Under the pieces are notes generated by a model that saw only the letters and a program-made list of their open reading frames with translations, was not told where the DNA came from and searched no databases. Below are positions 1 to 10,616 of a stretch of DNA of 64,000 bases, one piece after another. The first letter of the stretch is position 1; each line of letters starts with the position of its first letter. This DNA comes from Phaeosaccion multiseriatum (taxonomy: Eukaryota; Protista; Ochrophyta, other classes): contig OZ218960.1 of the NCBI GenBank assembly GCA_965112735.1, positions 310,001 through 374,000 of the forward strand, given 5' to 3'. The translations under genes were made by a program, and so were the position numbers.

Positions 1-1106
1 GACTAGACTGACTAGCTAGTGCTCTAGCCGATGGTTCAAGGGTTACAAAGCGCAAGGGTACAGTATGCATATCTCATCAGAGCCACTTGTCACTTTACCA
101 CTTGCCTCCTTGGACTTGGCCCACAGATTGTCTGCTGACACCAGGTAGGTGGGGGGGGACAGGGGGAGCAGGGGTGGCAGAGGCGGGACGGTGAGGAGGG
201 AAGGAGGGTCTGAACATGAGCCGAAGGGATGGGGAGGGCCAATCAGGAGGGAGGCGCTGTGGTGTAGGCCCACGAAAAGTGAGCAAGCAGGAGAGCCAAA
301 GCAACAAGGAGCCAAAGGAGCCAAAGAAGCCAAAGAAGCCAAAGAAGCCAAAGAAGCCGGTTCCGTACCGCTCGCCTCCGACGCCTTGAGGCGAGTGGGC
401 AAGGAGGAAGTCTTCTTGCCGCTTCGCCAGTCACGTATCACGCTGTCGATGCCGGCCTTCTTGCCATTCCTGCCCACTAGCGTCGCTCCATGCTCTTCCC
501 GGATCGCGAGGGAGAGCTGGTTGTGGTACTCATCCTCCCCTTGCTGACGCAACCAGTCGAGGACGATGGAATAGGACGGCGTCATGTTGGGCCTCAGGAG
601 CCTCTGCCCCCGCTCTATCATGCCCTCCAGGTCCTCCATCTGGCTCAATATCACGCCGTGACGTCTGCGCTGACAGGCGCTGAAGGACCCCCCGCCGCCG
701 TTCCTCGCGAGCCCTGCTTCCTCGCTCTTCTGCCTGATGGTGTACTTCTCCATATCAGCGTCTCTACTGCCCCTACCCAGGCGAAGCATATCCGTGATGC
801 CTGGTGTAGATGGTAGTGGATGGCAGTGGATGGCAGTGGATGGCAGTCGATGACAGTGAACGGCAGTGGATGGCAGTGAATGGCAGTGAACGGCAGTGGA
901 TGGCAATGGATGGCAGTGGGTGGCAGTTGATGGCAGTGGACGGTATGGACGGACAGTAGCGCGGGAGGTGAGCGGGGAGCGAGGTGCGCGCTGTCTCCCG
1001 TATGCTTGCCAACCAGCCCGAACGCCTGTCTGTCTGTCTGTCTGTCTGTCTGCCTGCCTGTGTGTCTGTCTCTGTCTGTCTGTCTGTCTGTCTGTCTGCC
1101 TGTCTA

Positions 1107-1143
<37 letters not shown>

Positions 1144-3757
1144 ACGTCTGTCTGCCTGCCTACTGCCTGCCTTCCCGTATGCCTGTCTGCCTGCCTCCCT
1201 GTCTGCCTGCCTGCCTGTCTGTCTGTTTATCTGCCCACATGCCTGCCAACCGCTCCTCCCCAGTGCTCCTCTCCAGTGCACATTCCTGATGTGCTTGAGT
1301 AGTCGGCCTGCCCATATGCCTACGCCTTACTGACTTACTGACCTTTCGCCTCCAAGTCCTTCATAAAGGCATCCAGCGCGTGGTTCGTGTAACAGACGGT
1401 CAGGATCTTGGCCTCGGTGTTCTGCACAAGGGCGGGGGGGGTACCACAGAGCAAAGTGGCGAAGCAAGAGGGGGGGATAGCAAGAGAGTAAGAGCCCGCC
1501 CACGAATGGTATGGCAGGGTGAGTGTGTGTGTGTCTACCTGCTCTCTCTGCCTCTGCAGATCCCCTATTTCCTTCGCTTGCCACCACCAAAGTCCTCCCT
1601 AGAGGCATACGTGCAGGCTTGAGCATCTGCTTACCTCAAGGATGGCCCGCGCCAGGAGGGCTCCGATGAACGTCTTTCCTGCTCATGTTGGGCATCCAGC
1701 AAGTGCATATCCGAAAAGAACAAGTTGAGGGTGTGACAGAGTCGCAGAGAGGGGGCCGTGAGGCTTGCTGGAGAACGGGCAAGGCAGGGCAGGGCGGAGA
1801 TCTCCTCCCTAAATTGCCGACTCTGTTGAAGCGAGTAATGCACACACGCACATACACACACACATACACACACGTACGCACTCACTCACTCACGCACGCA
1901 CGCACGCACACCTCCTCACCGGTTCCAGGGGGGCCCTGAATTAGCGCGATGGCTTGCTGCAGAGCCCCCTCCACCGCGGCCCTCTGACTGGGGTCCAGCA
2001 ACACCTCAGGACCCCTCCCTGCCAACGCCTCTGGGGCCCTGGTGCTCCCGTTGGTGCTACGGGGTGTGTCTTGCAGCTGGCGCACGATACGCATCAGCTT
2101 CTGCTCGTCTTGCTCGTTGTAATGAGGCCGCTCTACCTCCTCTCCCTTCTCCGCGTCGTAGCCTTTGTCGATCATCTCGGTCATGACGCACAAGTCCAGG
2201 CTCTGGAGGCGCCGCAGGACGGGTTCGAACCCGAAGAGAGCCGCGTTGGTCGGCACCAAGTGCCCGAACGGCTTGGTGGGGTTGCTGGAGAGCGCTAGGG
2301 CCTGCACGAGGTCCGTGTCGCCAACAAAACGGAGGCCAATGCGACACACACGTGCACCCCCTCCCCCTCCCCCTCCTCCTCCCCCATGGCCTTGGTGGCA
2401 TAGCTGCCTCCCTCCTTCTCCTCCCCGTCCTCCTCCACCTCCGCGCCCTCGCCCTCCGCGGCCTCCTCCTCCTTCTCGTCGTCCTCGTCCTCCTCCTCCT
2501 CCACCTCCTCCTCCTCCTCCTCCCCCGCCCCCTCCGTTCTCTTCTGCTGCCTGATTCACCTCGTCGTCGCTCCTCCCACCCGCGAGTTTCTTGTGATCAC
2601 GCTGGTCCACGAGGCCGAGCAAGAGCGGCTTGTTCTGGTGGTCAGTAAGGACCACCACACTGTCGCGCTGCAATAAGCGAGAGAGGGGGGGGGAGAGGGA
2701 GAAGAGAAGGAAGAGCAGGGAGTTCAGTCAGCAGGTAAAAGGGTAGATGGGCGAAGCAAAGCTGGAGGAAAGAGAGGGAGGGAGGGAGGGAGGGAGGGAG
2801 GGAGGGAGGGAGGGAGGGAGGGAGGGAGGGAGGGAGGGAGGGAGGGAGGGAGGGAGGGAGGGAGGGAGGGAGGGAGGGAGGGAGGGAGGGAGGGAGGGAG
2901 GGAGGGAGGGAGGGAGGGAGGGAGGGAGGGAGGGAGGGAGGGAGGGAGGGAGGGAGGGAGGGAGGGAGGGAGGGAGGGAGGGAGGGAGGGAGGGAGGGAG
3001 GGAGGGAGGGAGGGAGGGAGGGAGGGAGGGAGGGAGGGAGGGAGGGAGGGAGGGAGGGAGGGAGGGAGGGAGGGAGGGAGGGAGGGAGGGAGGGAGGGAG
3101 GGAGGGAGGGAGGGAGGGAGGGAGGGAGGGAGGGAGGGAGGGAGGGAGGGAGGGAGGGAGGGAGGGAGGGAGGGAGGGAGGGAGGGAGGGAGGGAGGGAG
3201 GGAGGGAGGGAGGGAGGGAGGGAGGGAGGGAGGGAGGGAGGGAGGGAGGGAGGGAGGGAGGGAGGGAGGGAGGGAGGGAGGGAGGGAGGGAGGGAGGGAG
3301 GGAGGGAGGGAGGGAGGGAGGGAGGGAGGGAGGGAGGGAGGGAGCAGAGGCAACGACACCGAGCTAGCGCGTGCCTTCGCCGGAAGTCAAGACAGAAGTC
3401 AAGATAGAAGTGAAGAGAGAAGGAAAGAAAGGGGGGGGGGGGCACCATCCCCTCCCCACTCCACCCCCAGCCCCCTCCTGTTCGGCCCTGCCCGATGAGC
3501 GCCGACAGGCCCTGTCGCACGCAATAGGCCCCAACTCCTGACTCCCTCCCCTCCAGCCTCCTCTCCAGCCCATTCACCTTAAGAATGTTGCGCCCCCCGC
3601 CCTTCTCGAAGTAGTCTTCCCTCTCGCGTTGGCTCTTGAGGCCGTGGACGCGGTGCGAGCGCGGCATGGAGAAGCTGAACTCCAGGCAGGCACGGCCATA
3701 CAAAAAGTCTACGCGGCCACGCACAGCTCTCTGTGGCCAAGAGGAAGGGTGGTGGTG

Positions 3758-3803
<46 letters not shown>

Positions 3804-5012
3804 AAGAAGAAGAAGAAGAAGAAGAAGAAGAAGAAGAAGAAGAAGAAGAAGAAGAAGAAGAAGAAGAAGAAGAAGAAGAAGAAGAAGAAGAAGAAGAAGA
3901 AGAAGAAGAAGAAGAAGAAGAAGAAGAAGAAGAAGAAGAAGAAGAAGAAGAAGAAGAAGAAGAAGAAGAAGAAGAAGAAGAAGAAGAAGAAGAAGAAGAA
4001 GAAGAAGAAGAAGAAGAAGAAGAAGAAGAAGAAGAAGAAGAAGAAGAAGAAGAAGAAGAAGAAGAAGAAGAAGAAGAAGAAGAAGAAGAAGAAGAAGAAG
4101 AAGAAGAAGAAGAAGAAGAAGAAGAAGAAGAAGAAGAAGAAGAAGAAGAAGAAGAAGAAGAAGAAGAAGAAGAAGAAGAAGAAGAAGAAGAAGAAGAAGA
4201 AGAAGAAGAAGAAGAAGAAGAAGAAGAAGAAGAAGAAGAAGAAGAAGAAGAAGAAGAAGAAGAAGAAGAAGAAGAAGAAGAAGAAGAAGAAGAAGAAGAA
4301 GAAGAAGAAGAAGAAGAAGAAGAAGAAGAAGAAGAAGAAGAAGAAGAAGAAGAAGAAGAAGAAGAAGAAGAAGAAGAAGAAGAAGAAGAAGAAGAAGAAG
4401 AAGAAGAAGAAGAAGAAGAAGAAGAAGAAGAAGAAGAAGAAGAAGAAGAAGAAGAAGAAGAAGAAGAAGAAGAAGAAGAAGAAGAAGAAGAAGAAGAAGA
4501 AGAAGAAGAAGAAGAAGAAGAAGAAGAAGAAGAAGAAGAAGAAGAAGAAGAAGAAGAAGAAGAAGAAGAAGAAGAAGAAGAAGAAGAAGAAGAAGAAGAA
4601 GAAGAAGAAGAAGAAGAAGAAGAAGAAGAAGAAGAAGAAGAAGAAGAAGAAGAAGAAGAAGAAGAAGAAGAAGAAGAAGAAGAAGAAGAAGAAGAAGAAG
4701 AAGAAGAAGAAGAAGAAGAAGAAGAAGAAGAAGAAGAAGAAGAAGAAGAAGAAGAAGAAGAAGAAGAAGAAGAAGAAGAAGAAGAAGAAGAAGAAGAAGA
4801 AGAAGAAGAAGAAGAAGAAGAAGAAGAAGAAGAAGAAGAAGAAGAAGAAGAAGAAGAAGAAGAAGAAGAAGAAGAAGAAGAAGAAGAAGAAGAAGAAGAA
4901 GAAGAAGAAGAAGAAGAAGAAGAAGAAGAAGAAGAAGAAGAAGAAGAAGAAGAAGAAGAAGAAGAAGAAGAAGAAGAAGAAGAAGAAGAAGAAGAAGAAG
5001 AAGAAGAAGAAG

Positions 5013-5044
<32 letters not shown>

Positions 5045-5062
5045 GTAGAAGTAGTAGAAGAA

Positions 5063-5101
<39 letters not shown>

Positions 5102-5102
5102 C

Positions 5103-5197
<95 letters not shown>

Positions 5198-5948
5198 AAG
5201 GAGGAGGAGGAGGGAGAGGAGTTGTGGTAGTAGGAGTGATGGTGGTAGTGGTAGTGGTAGTGGTACACGTAGTAACGGCAGAGGTCGGTACGGCGACAGC
5301 ATGAACAGACAGCAACAGCAGCAGCCCACTTCCACCCTCCTCGGCAAGCAAGCCAGCTCTCACCTCAAGCACCATAGGCGGCCGTCCAAGCATCGCGCGC
5401 TGCTGCTGCCCAGCCCCCTCATCCTTCTGTAACCGCTTGGCCCTCTTCTTGGAAGGCTCAGAGGTTTTGCTCAGGAGGGCGATCTTCTGCACCTCTTCCT
5501 TCACTGAACCAACGAGATCTTCATGCAAGAGTCGGAACTTCGAGGCAGGGGAATAAAAGGGTAAAAGCAGAGGGGATGGCAGAGTGACGGGGCAGGGAGG
5601 AGCGGGCCTGCCCGTCGTGAGCGATGAAGCGAGCAAGCAACGAGGGGAAGCGTCGATGACCTCACCTGCCGGGCTAGGAGAGGGTACTCCTCCACGGCAG
5701 TGGGCAGGTAGGGCGCCGTCTTGGTGTGGGATGTCCCGTTGTGCGTGAGGCAGGGGTCAACGATAAGAGTAAGATTAGGGTGAGGTCAAAAAGCATTGAA
5801 CGATTCAACATGGAAATGACAATCTCCTTGCTTCTTTTACTGTCTGTATGCAGGTACTGACTTCCCTTCAGACCGACGGACGTTGAGGTTCTCTGGTCAA
5901 TGAGGCGGAGTCTTTGAGACATACGCAAAGTGTGAGTGACAAGGCAGC

Positions 5949-6005
<57 letters not shown>

Positions 6006-6968
6006 GCAGCAACAGCAGCCGTCCGGCCGGGCTCCTTGTAAGAAGTTGTGGCATACCCTCACCTTACACAGCACCTGCTCGAGAGGCGGCATGATCTTAA
6101 TGCATCGAAAATCCGGGAAATCGTTCGCGTGTCGGCCTCCGGGCTGGGCTTCGCGCACGTCCGCAAGGCTGAGCGACTCCCCAAGAACGAGCAAGGACCC
6201 ATTGCCATTCTTATCAGTCGCTGGGAGCCTGATTTGGTCGAGCAGATGCCTGGCTCTGTCCTTGACAGCGGGGATGCCGCTGTTCTCCAGTAGTGCTTCC
6301 GCGATGGCAACGAGAGTGTCGTCTCGTCGAGCTTCTTCCCCCGCCTCTCCGCTTCCTCCCGCCAAGCGGCCCAGAAACCATACTATAATGAAGGCATGGC
6401 TTGATTCGAGGGCGTCTTCTTCCTTCACCATACTGAGGAGCACGTCTGGCAGAGGCATAGTCAGGGGAGCAAGGGAGGAGAAAGAGGAGGCCAAGAGACA
6501 GAAGGAAGAGCGAGGGGGTGAGAGACGAGGCCAGGCAGCCCCGGCCGGCGGCGGCGGCATACACCAAACAGCAAGAGGCGTTTCACCGCCACCACAGTAC
6601 GCACCTTTCTGCCCCGTCACTCTCCAAATGGCTTCGAGCATCTTTTGCTGCGGCTGTGCGTTGGCTGCGCCGATGCAGAGCTCGTCCTTGCCGAGGAATT
6701 GGAGCATGGGAAGCAGCACGTCTTTCAGAAACTGACTGCCACTGCCCACGCCGAGCAGTCTCCTGATGGAGCTGAAGTCTCTTTTCTGCTCATTATTGAC
6801 GATGAAATAGAACGCATCCTGAGCGTCATCACACCTTTCAAGCGACCTCGCGAATTGCCGCGCTTGTTGCTCGCTGCATCCGCCGCCTCCTTGTCGTCGG
6901 CCTCGGTCTTCCTCTTCTTCTTTCTTCAGCACATCATACAAAACCTGCGGGATCTTTCTTCTAGCCAT
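1..6968 (-). CDS. ZNFX1/UPF1-like superfamily-1 RNA helicase, multi-exon, 3' part beyond window start
   Basis: Hand-spliced exons: ~6968-6605, 6445-6063, ~5720-5666, 5538-~5333, ~3737-3578, ~2668-1921, ~1678-1636, ~1422-1344, ~801-367, ~143-105. They give [17 protein letters not shown]...PYLP...QFRLLHEDL, then [33 protein letters not shown] (Walker A split by an intron), [15 protein letters not shown] and MLRLG. This motif series is typical of ZNFX1-type helicases. The start ATG at 6968 is tentative. Confidence 0.85.
805..940. repeat. 10-bp minisatellite (TGGCAGTGGA)n in helicase intron
   Basis: Degenerate tandem tggcagtgga units are visible directly. Confidence 0.85.
2776..3343. repeat. Pure (GGGA)n microsatellite, ~570 bp, intronic
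   Basis: Uninterrupted gggagggag... tract. Confidence 0.97.
3748..5200. repeat. Compound trinucleotide microsatellite (GGT)(GTA)(GAA)~410(GTA), intronic
   Basis: About 1.24 kb of pure GAA (3803-5041), flanked by GTA/GGT tracts. Confidence 0.97.
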
Positions 6969-7331
6969 GGATTCACTGTTGTTTTCTTCCCCGCACCCCC
7001 CCCCCTCAAGCCACCTCCCCACAACCACCGCCGCCCGGGGAGGTGGGTGACCTTTTCACGACTTTACTTTTGCTTTTTGCTCGCGTATACTACGCCCACG
7101 GCTGCCAGCTCTGCGGTTCGTGCGGCCAGTATTCTCCAGGCTTATCAACTAACCTCTGCGCTCACAGCCTCCCTCCTTTTAACCACGTTCTCTCTCTAAT
7201 GGTGGCTTTTTTGCTGGGGGGGAAGAATCGGGGAAATCTGGATCTTAGTCGCCAGCTGTAAGAGCGAGTCACAACCCCCCCCCCCCCCCCTACCCTACTT
7301 GTATCTCTGAACAATCTACACGACACACGAC

Positions 7332-9131
7332 ATGGGAGAAGCTGCTGCCCCCCTCCCCAGCGCTGGGCCAGCGGCTCTGAGAATTGTGGCCAGCCTCATT
7401 TCGAACAAAGGTCTGTGGGGATTGTGCAAGGAGGTGGACGAGATCACCCTCCGCACTCTGAGAGTCAACGCCTCCATGCCTGAAGACGTCCAGCAGCGTG
7501 TGCTGAGCTTGCTGAAGCACCAGCAGCAGGAGGAGGAGAAGAACTCAGACGTGGTTTATCATTTGGGGTGCGCTGCTGCTAATGCTGCCGCCGCGACTGA
7601 GCAAAGAGGTCCCGCAGAGTGGGTAGGAAGGGGGGGGGGGCTGCGGGAAAGGCACGAGCGGGCGAGCAAGAGCGAGGGAAGTGAAGCTGCATTGAGTATG
7701 CAAGCGAGATGCTTCTTTTGCGTAGCGGCGGTGGAGCTTGGCCTCAGGACCAGGCAAGATGCGAAGGACGGGGCCACAGTCTCTGCAGATGAGGCCCTCG
7801 TTGCGAATGTGCTTGCGCTCTTACCACGGTCCGTCAAGCGTGTGATTTTTGGCGACTTTTTCAACGCGCCCAACGTAGCTCTCCCCAGCACAGTACAGGA
7901 GCTAGTGATGGGGGCTTCTTGCTTTAATCGACCTGTGGGCCTGCCTGTCTCGCTGAGGAAGGTTTCTTTTGGCAATCGCTTCAATCAGCACGTGGTCCTT
8001 CCTTACGGCGTGGAGGAGGTGGAGATGGGGCGTGACTTTAACCTCCCTCTGGACCTTCCTCCCTCCTTGAAGAAGATTCGATTTGGTCGGAGGTTTAATC
8101 GGCGAGTGGTCCTTCCCTGCGGTGTGGAGGAGTTGCAGCTAGGGTTCTTCTTTGACCTCCCTCTGGACCTGCCTGCCTCGCTCAAAGCGATCCACTTTGG
8201 TCGTCGGTACAACCGACAAGTGGTTCTTCCTTGTGGTGTGCAACAGATAGAGATGGGGGGGGACTTCAATCTCCCTCTGGATCTGCCTGCCTCGCTGAAG
8301 AAGATCAAATTTGGCGATGCGTTCAATCAACACGTGGTCCTTCCTTGCGGCGTGGAGGAAGTGGAGATGGGGCGTGACTTTAACCTCCCTCTGGACCTCC
8401 CTGTCTCGCTGAAGAGAATCAGATTTGGTGGGTATTCGGCGTTCAATCAGCACGTCGTCCTTCCTTCCTGCGTGGAGGAGGTGGACATGGGGTGTGCCTT
8501 TAACCTCCCCGTGGACCTGCCTGCCTCGGTGAAAAAGATCATCTTTGGCCGGAACTTCAATCAACACGTGGTGCTTCCTTGCGGCGTGGAGGAGGTGGAA
8601 GTTGGTGATGCCTTCAGCCTCCCTCTGGACCTGCCTGCCTCTCTGAGGAAGGCTTGTTTTGGCAATCGCTTCAATCAGCACGTGGTCCTTCCTTGTGGCG
8701 TGGAGGAGGTGGAGATGGGGTGTCAATTTAACCTCCCTCTGGACCTTCCTGCCTCGCTGAAGAAGATTAGATTTGGTTGGGAATCGAAGTTCAATCAGCA
8801 CATGGTCCTTCCTTGCGGTGTGGAGGAGGTGCAGATGAGGCGTTGCTTTAACCTCCCTGTGGAGCTCCCCCTCTCGCTAAAGAAGATCACATTTGGCCGG
8901 AACTTCAATCAGCGCGTGGTTCTCCCTTGCGGTGTGGAGGAGGTGGAGATGGGGCATGCGTTTAGCCTTCCTCTGGACCTGCCTGCCTCTCTGCGGACGC
9001 TCAAGCTGGGACGGAGCTACACCCACCCTTTGGTGAGCCTGCCTGCCGGCCTGAGGAAGCTTGAGGTTGGGTGGAACTGCTCGCTGCCCGCAGATCTGCC
9101 CAAGGGACTGCAAGTGATTCGCTACCCCTAA
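7332..9131 (+). CDS. Intronless FNIP-like (LRR-class) repeat protein, 599 aa
   Basis: Single ORF. It has ~22 units of LPxSLKKIxFGxxFNQHVV alternating with LPCGVEEVEMGxxFNLPLD, matching the FNIP pattern (FG..FNQ...LP.SL). Confidence 0.85.
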   Translation: MGEAAAPLPSAGPAALRIVASLISNKGLWGLCKEVDEITLRTLRVNASMPEDVQQRVLSLLKHQQQEEEKNSDVVYHLGCAAANAAAATEQRGPAEWVGRGGGLRERHERASKSEGSEAALSMQARCFFCVAAVELGLRTRQDAKDGATVSADEALVANVLALLPRSVKRVIFGDFFNAPNVALPSTVQELVMGASCFNRPVGLPVSLRKVSFGNRFNQHVVLPYGVEEVEMGRDFNLPLDLPPSLKKIRFGRRFNRRVVLPCGVEELQLGFFFDLPLDLPASLKAIHFGRRYNRQVVLPCGVQQIEMGGDFNLPLDLPASLKKIKFGDAFNQHVVLPCGVEEVEMGRDFNLPLDLPVSLKRIRFGGYSAFNQHVVLPSCVEEVDMGCAFNLPVDLPASVKKIIFGRNFNQHVVLPCGVEEVEVGDAFSLPLDLPASLRKACFGNRFNQHVVLPCGVEEVEMGCQFNLPLDLPASLKKIRFGWESKFNQHMVLPCGVEEVQMRRCFNLPVELPLSLKKITFGRNFNQRVVLPCGVEEVEMGHAFSLPLDLPASLRTLKLGRSYTHPLVSLPAGLRKLEVGWNCSLPADLPKGLQVIRYP

Positions 9132-10014
9132 GGAACGACTGCAGAGGCCGTAAAGGGGAGGGGAGCGAGGAGGGCTCAAGGATGGGTCCTCTTGGTACTG
9201 GCACAAGCACTTGCCTTCTGCACAACTTACTGCGCCAGCGCTAGCAGCTCCTCTACTCTCCAGGTGCGTGTCCCTCTGTGGGGTCTGAGGGGTAGGTGTG
9301 GGCTCAGGCTCAGTCTCGGGGCAAAGGTGTCCAGTGCCGTTGGCGGAGGGCAGTAGGGCAGTGAGGCAGTAGTCCACTCAGTGCTCGGACAGTGTCAACG
9401 AGGCTCCCCCTCGGCCGCGCCATTGCGCTGTGCCGGGCTCTGTGTGTGTCCTCTCTCTCAATCCTCTTTTCTTTGCTGCTTGTTGCGGCCCTGCCTCCGT
9501 CTCTCTCTTCTCTCTTTCCCCTGTCGGCAGATGGTGCCCAGCAAGAGGCGAGGCTGTATGAGAAGGAAGGAAGGAGGGAGCAGCGAGGAGAAGGCGTAGC
9601 CAAGGAAATACACCAGCAGGCAGCGCAGAGAAGGAGCAGCCAGCGGGACAAGAGGGGAGGAGTACAGGGACCGACAGCTTGCAGGTGGAGGAGCCCGGAG
9701 GAAGAGTGAAGGGGACACATCTGCACGCACACTCCACTCGCTCCCCATCTCCAGGGGGGGGGGGCAACACCGACAGCGGCCTAAGCGTCTTTTGGAGGAT
9801 TGTCCGGCCTAGGGCGGGAACTGTAGGGCGGTAGGGCGGCGGCCTAGACGTTTTGCTGTAAGCCAATGTCTGGGATTGAAAGCGAGGAGTAGAGATTCGT
9901 GTTTTCTCTTTCCGCCTCGCTTGGCTCGTCTACAGTGTGCTGCTACCACTGGCTCGGCGGCCCCACGCACGCGCCCGAGATCCAGGGTATGCATAATTCG
10001 CATACTGTGATTTC

Positions 10015-10371
10015 GCGGTTGAGTGGCACTTTTGACGCCCCGTGAATTTTTTTTGACGCCAAATGACGATTACTTTGACGACGTTTGACGACGCTTGAGC
10101 CCCCTGTTTGACGCTCTTTGACGCTCTTTGACGCCCCTTGACGCCCTTTGACGCCCTTTTATCTTAATTCGCCTTAATTTACGTGATTTGCCTTAATTTA
10201 CGTGATTTGCCTTAATTTACGTGATTTTTTTTAGACGAAATTAAGGCGAATTAAGATAAAAGGGAGTCAAAGGGCGTCAAACAGGGCTTTATTAATTATT
10301 AAAATTAAAGTGTGTTCAAAAGGGGTTCAAAGTCGTCAAAAAAGGCCCGTCAAAAACTGCCACTCAACCGC
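10015..10371. mobile_element. Foldback/MITE-like element with nested inverted repeats
   Basis: Outer IR: gcggttgagtggcacttttgacg (10015-10037) vs cgtcaaaaactgccactcaaccgc (10348-10371). Inner 43-bp IR with 1 mismatch (10138-10180 vs 10238-10280) encloses 3 copies of gccttaatttacgtgattt. Many ttgacg subrepeats are present. No TSD identified. Confidence 0.6.
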
Positions 10372-10616
10372 AATAAATTGCATACGTTGGCAAGGGTCCT
10401 TGCAATTTGAACCCAAACTGCGGGGAAGTTCCCAGTGTGTTGAGCCGGAAAAAAAAAATCTGATCGCCCCTCATCGCCCAAGGTCGGGCTGTATGGGGTT
10501 AGGCCCCCACAGAACCGCCTCATAAGGGCCTTCTGTAACGGGAGCTGTTTTGCACGCTGAAGAGAGGGTGGAGGGGGTGTTACAATCCCCCCCCCCCCCC
10601 CCTTTTTCCCCTCACG

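Noticed and set aside
2642-5636. Very long ORFs (479-901 aa) of poly-F/L/S/E/R
   Set aside because: They are translations of intronic GAA and GGGA microsatellites.
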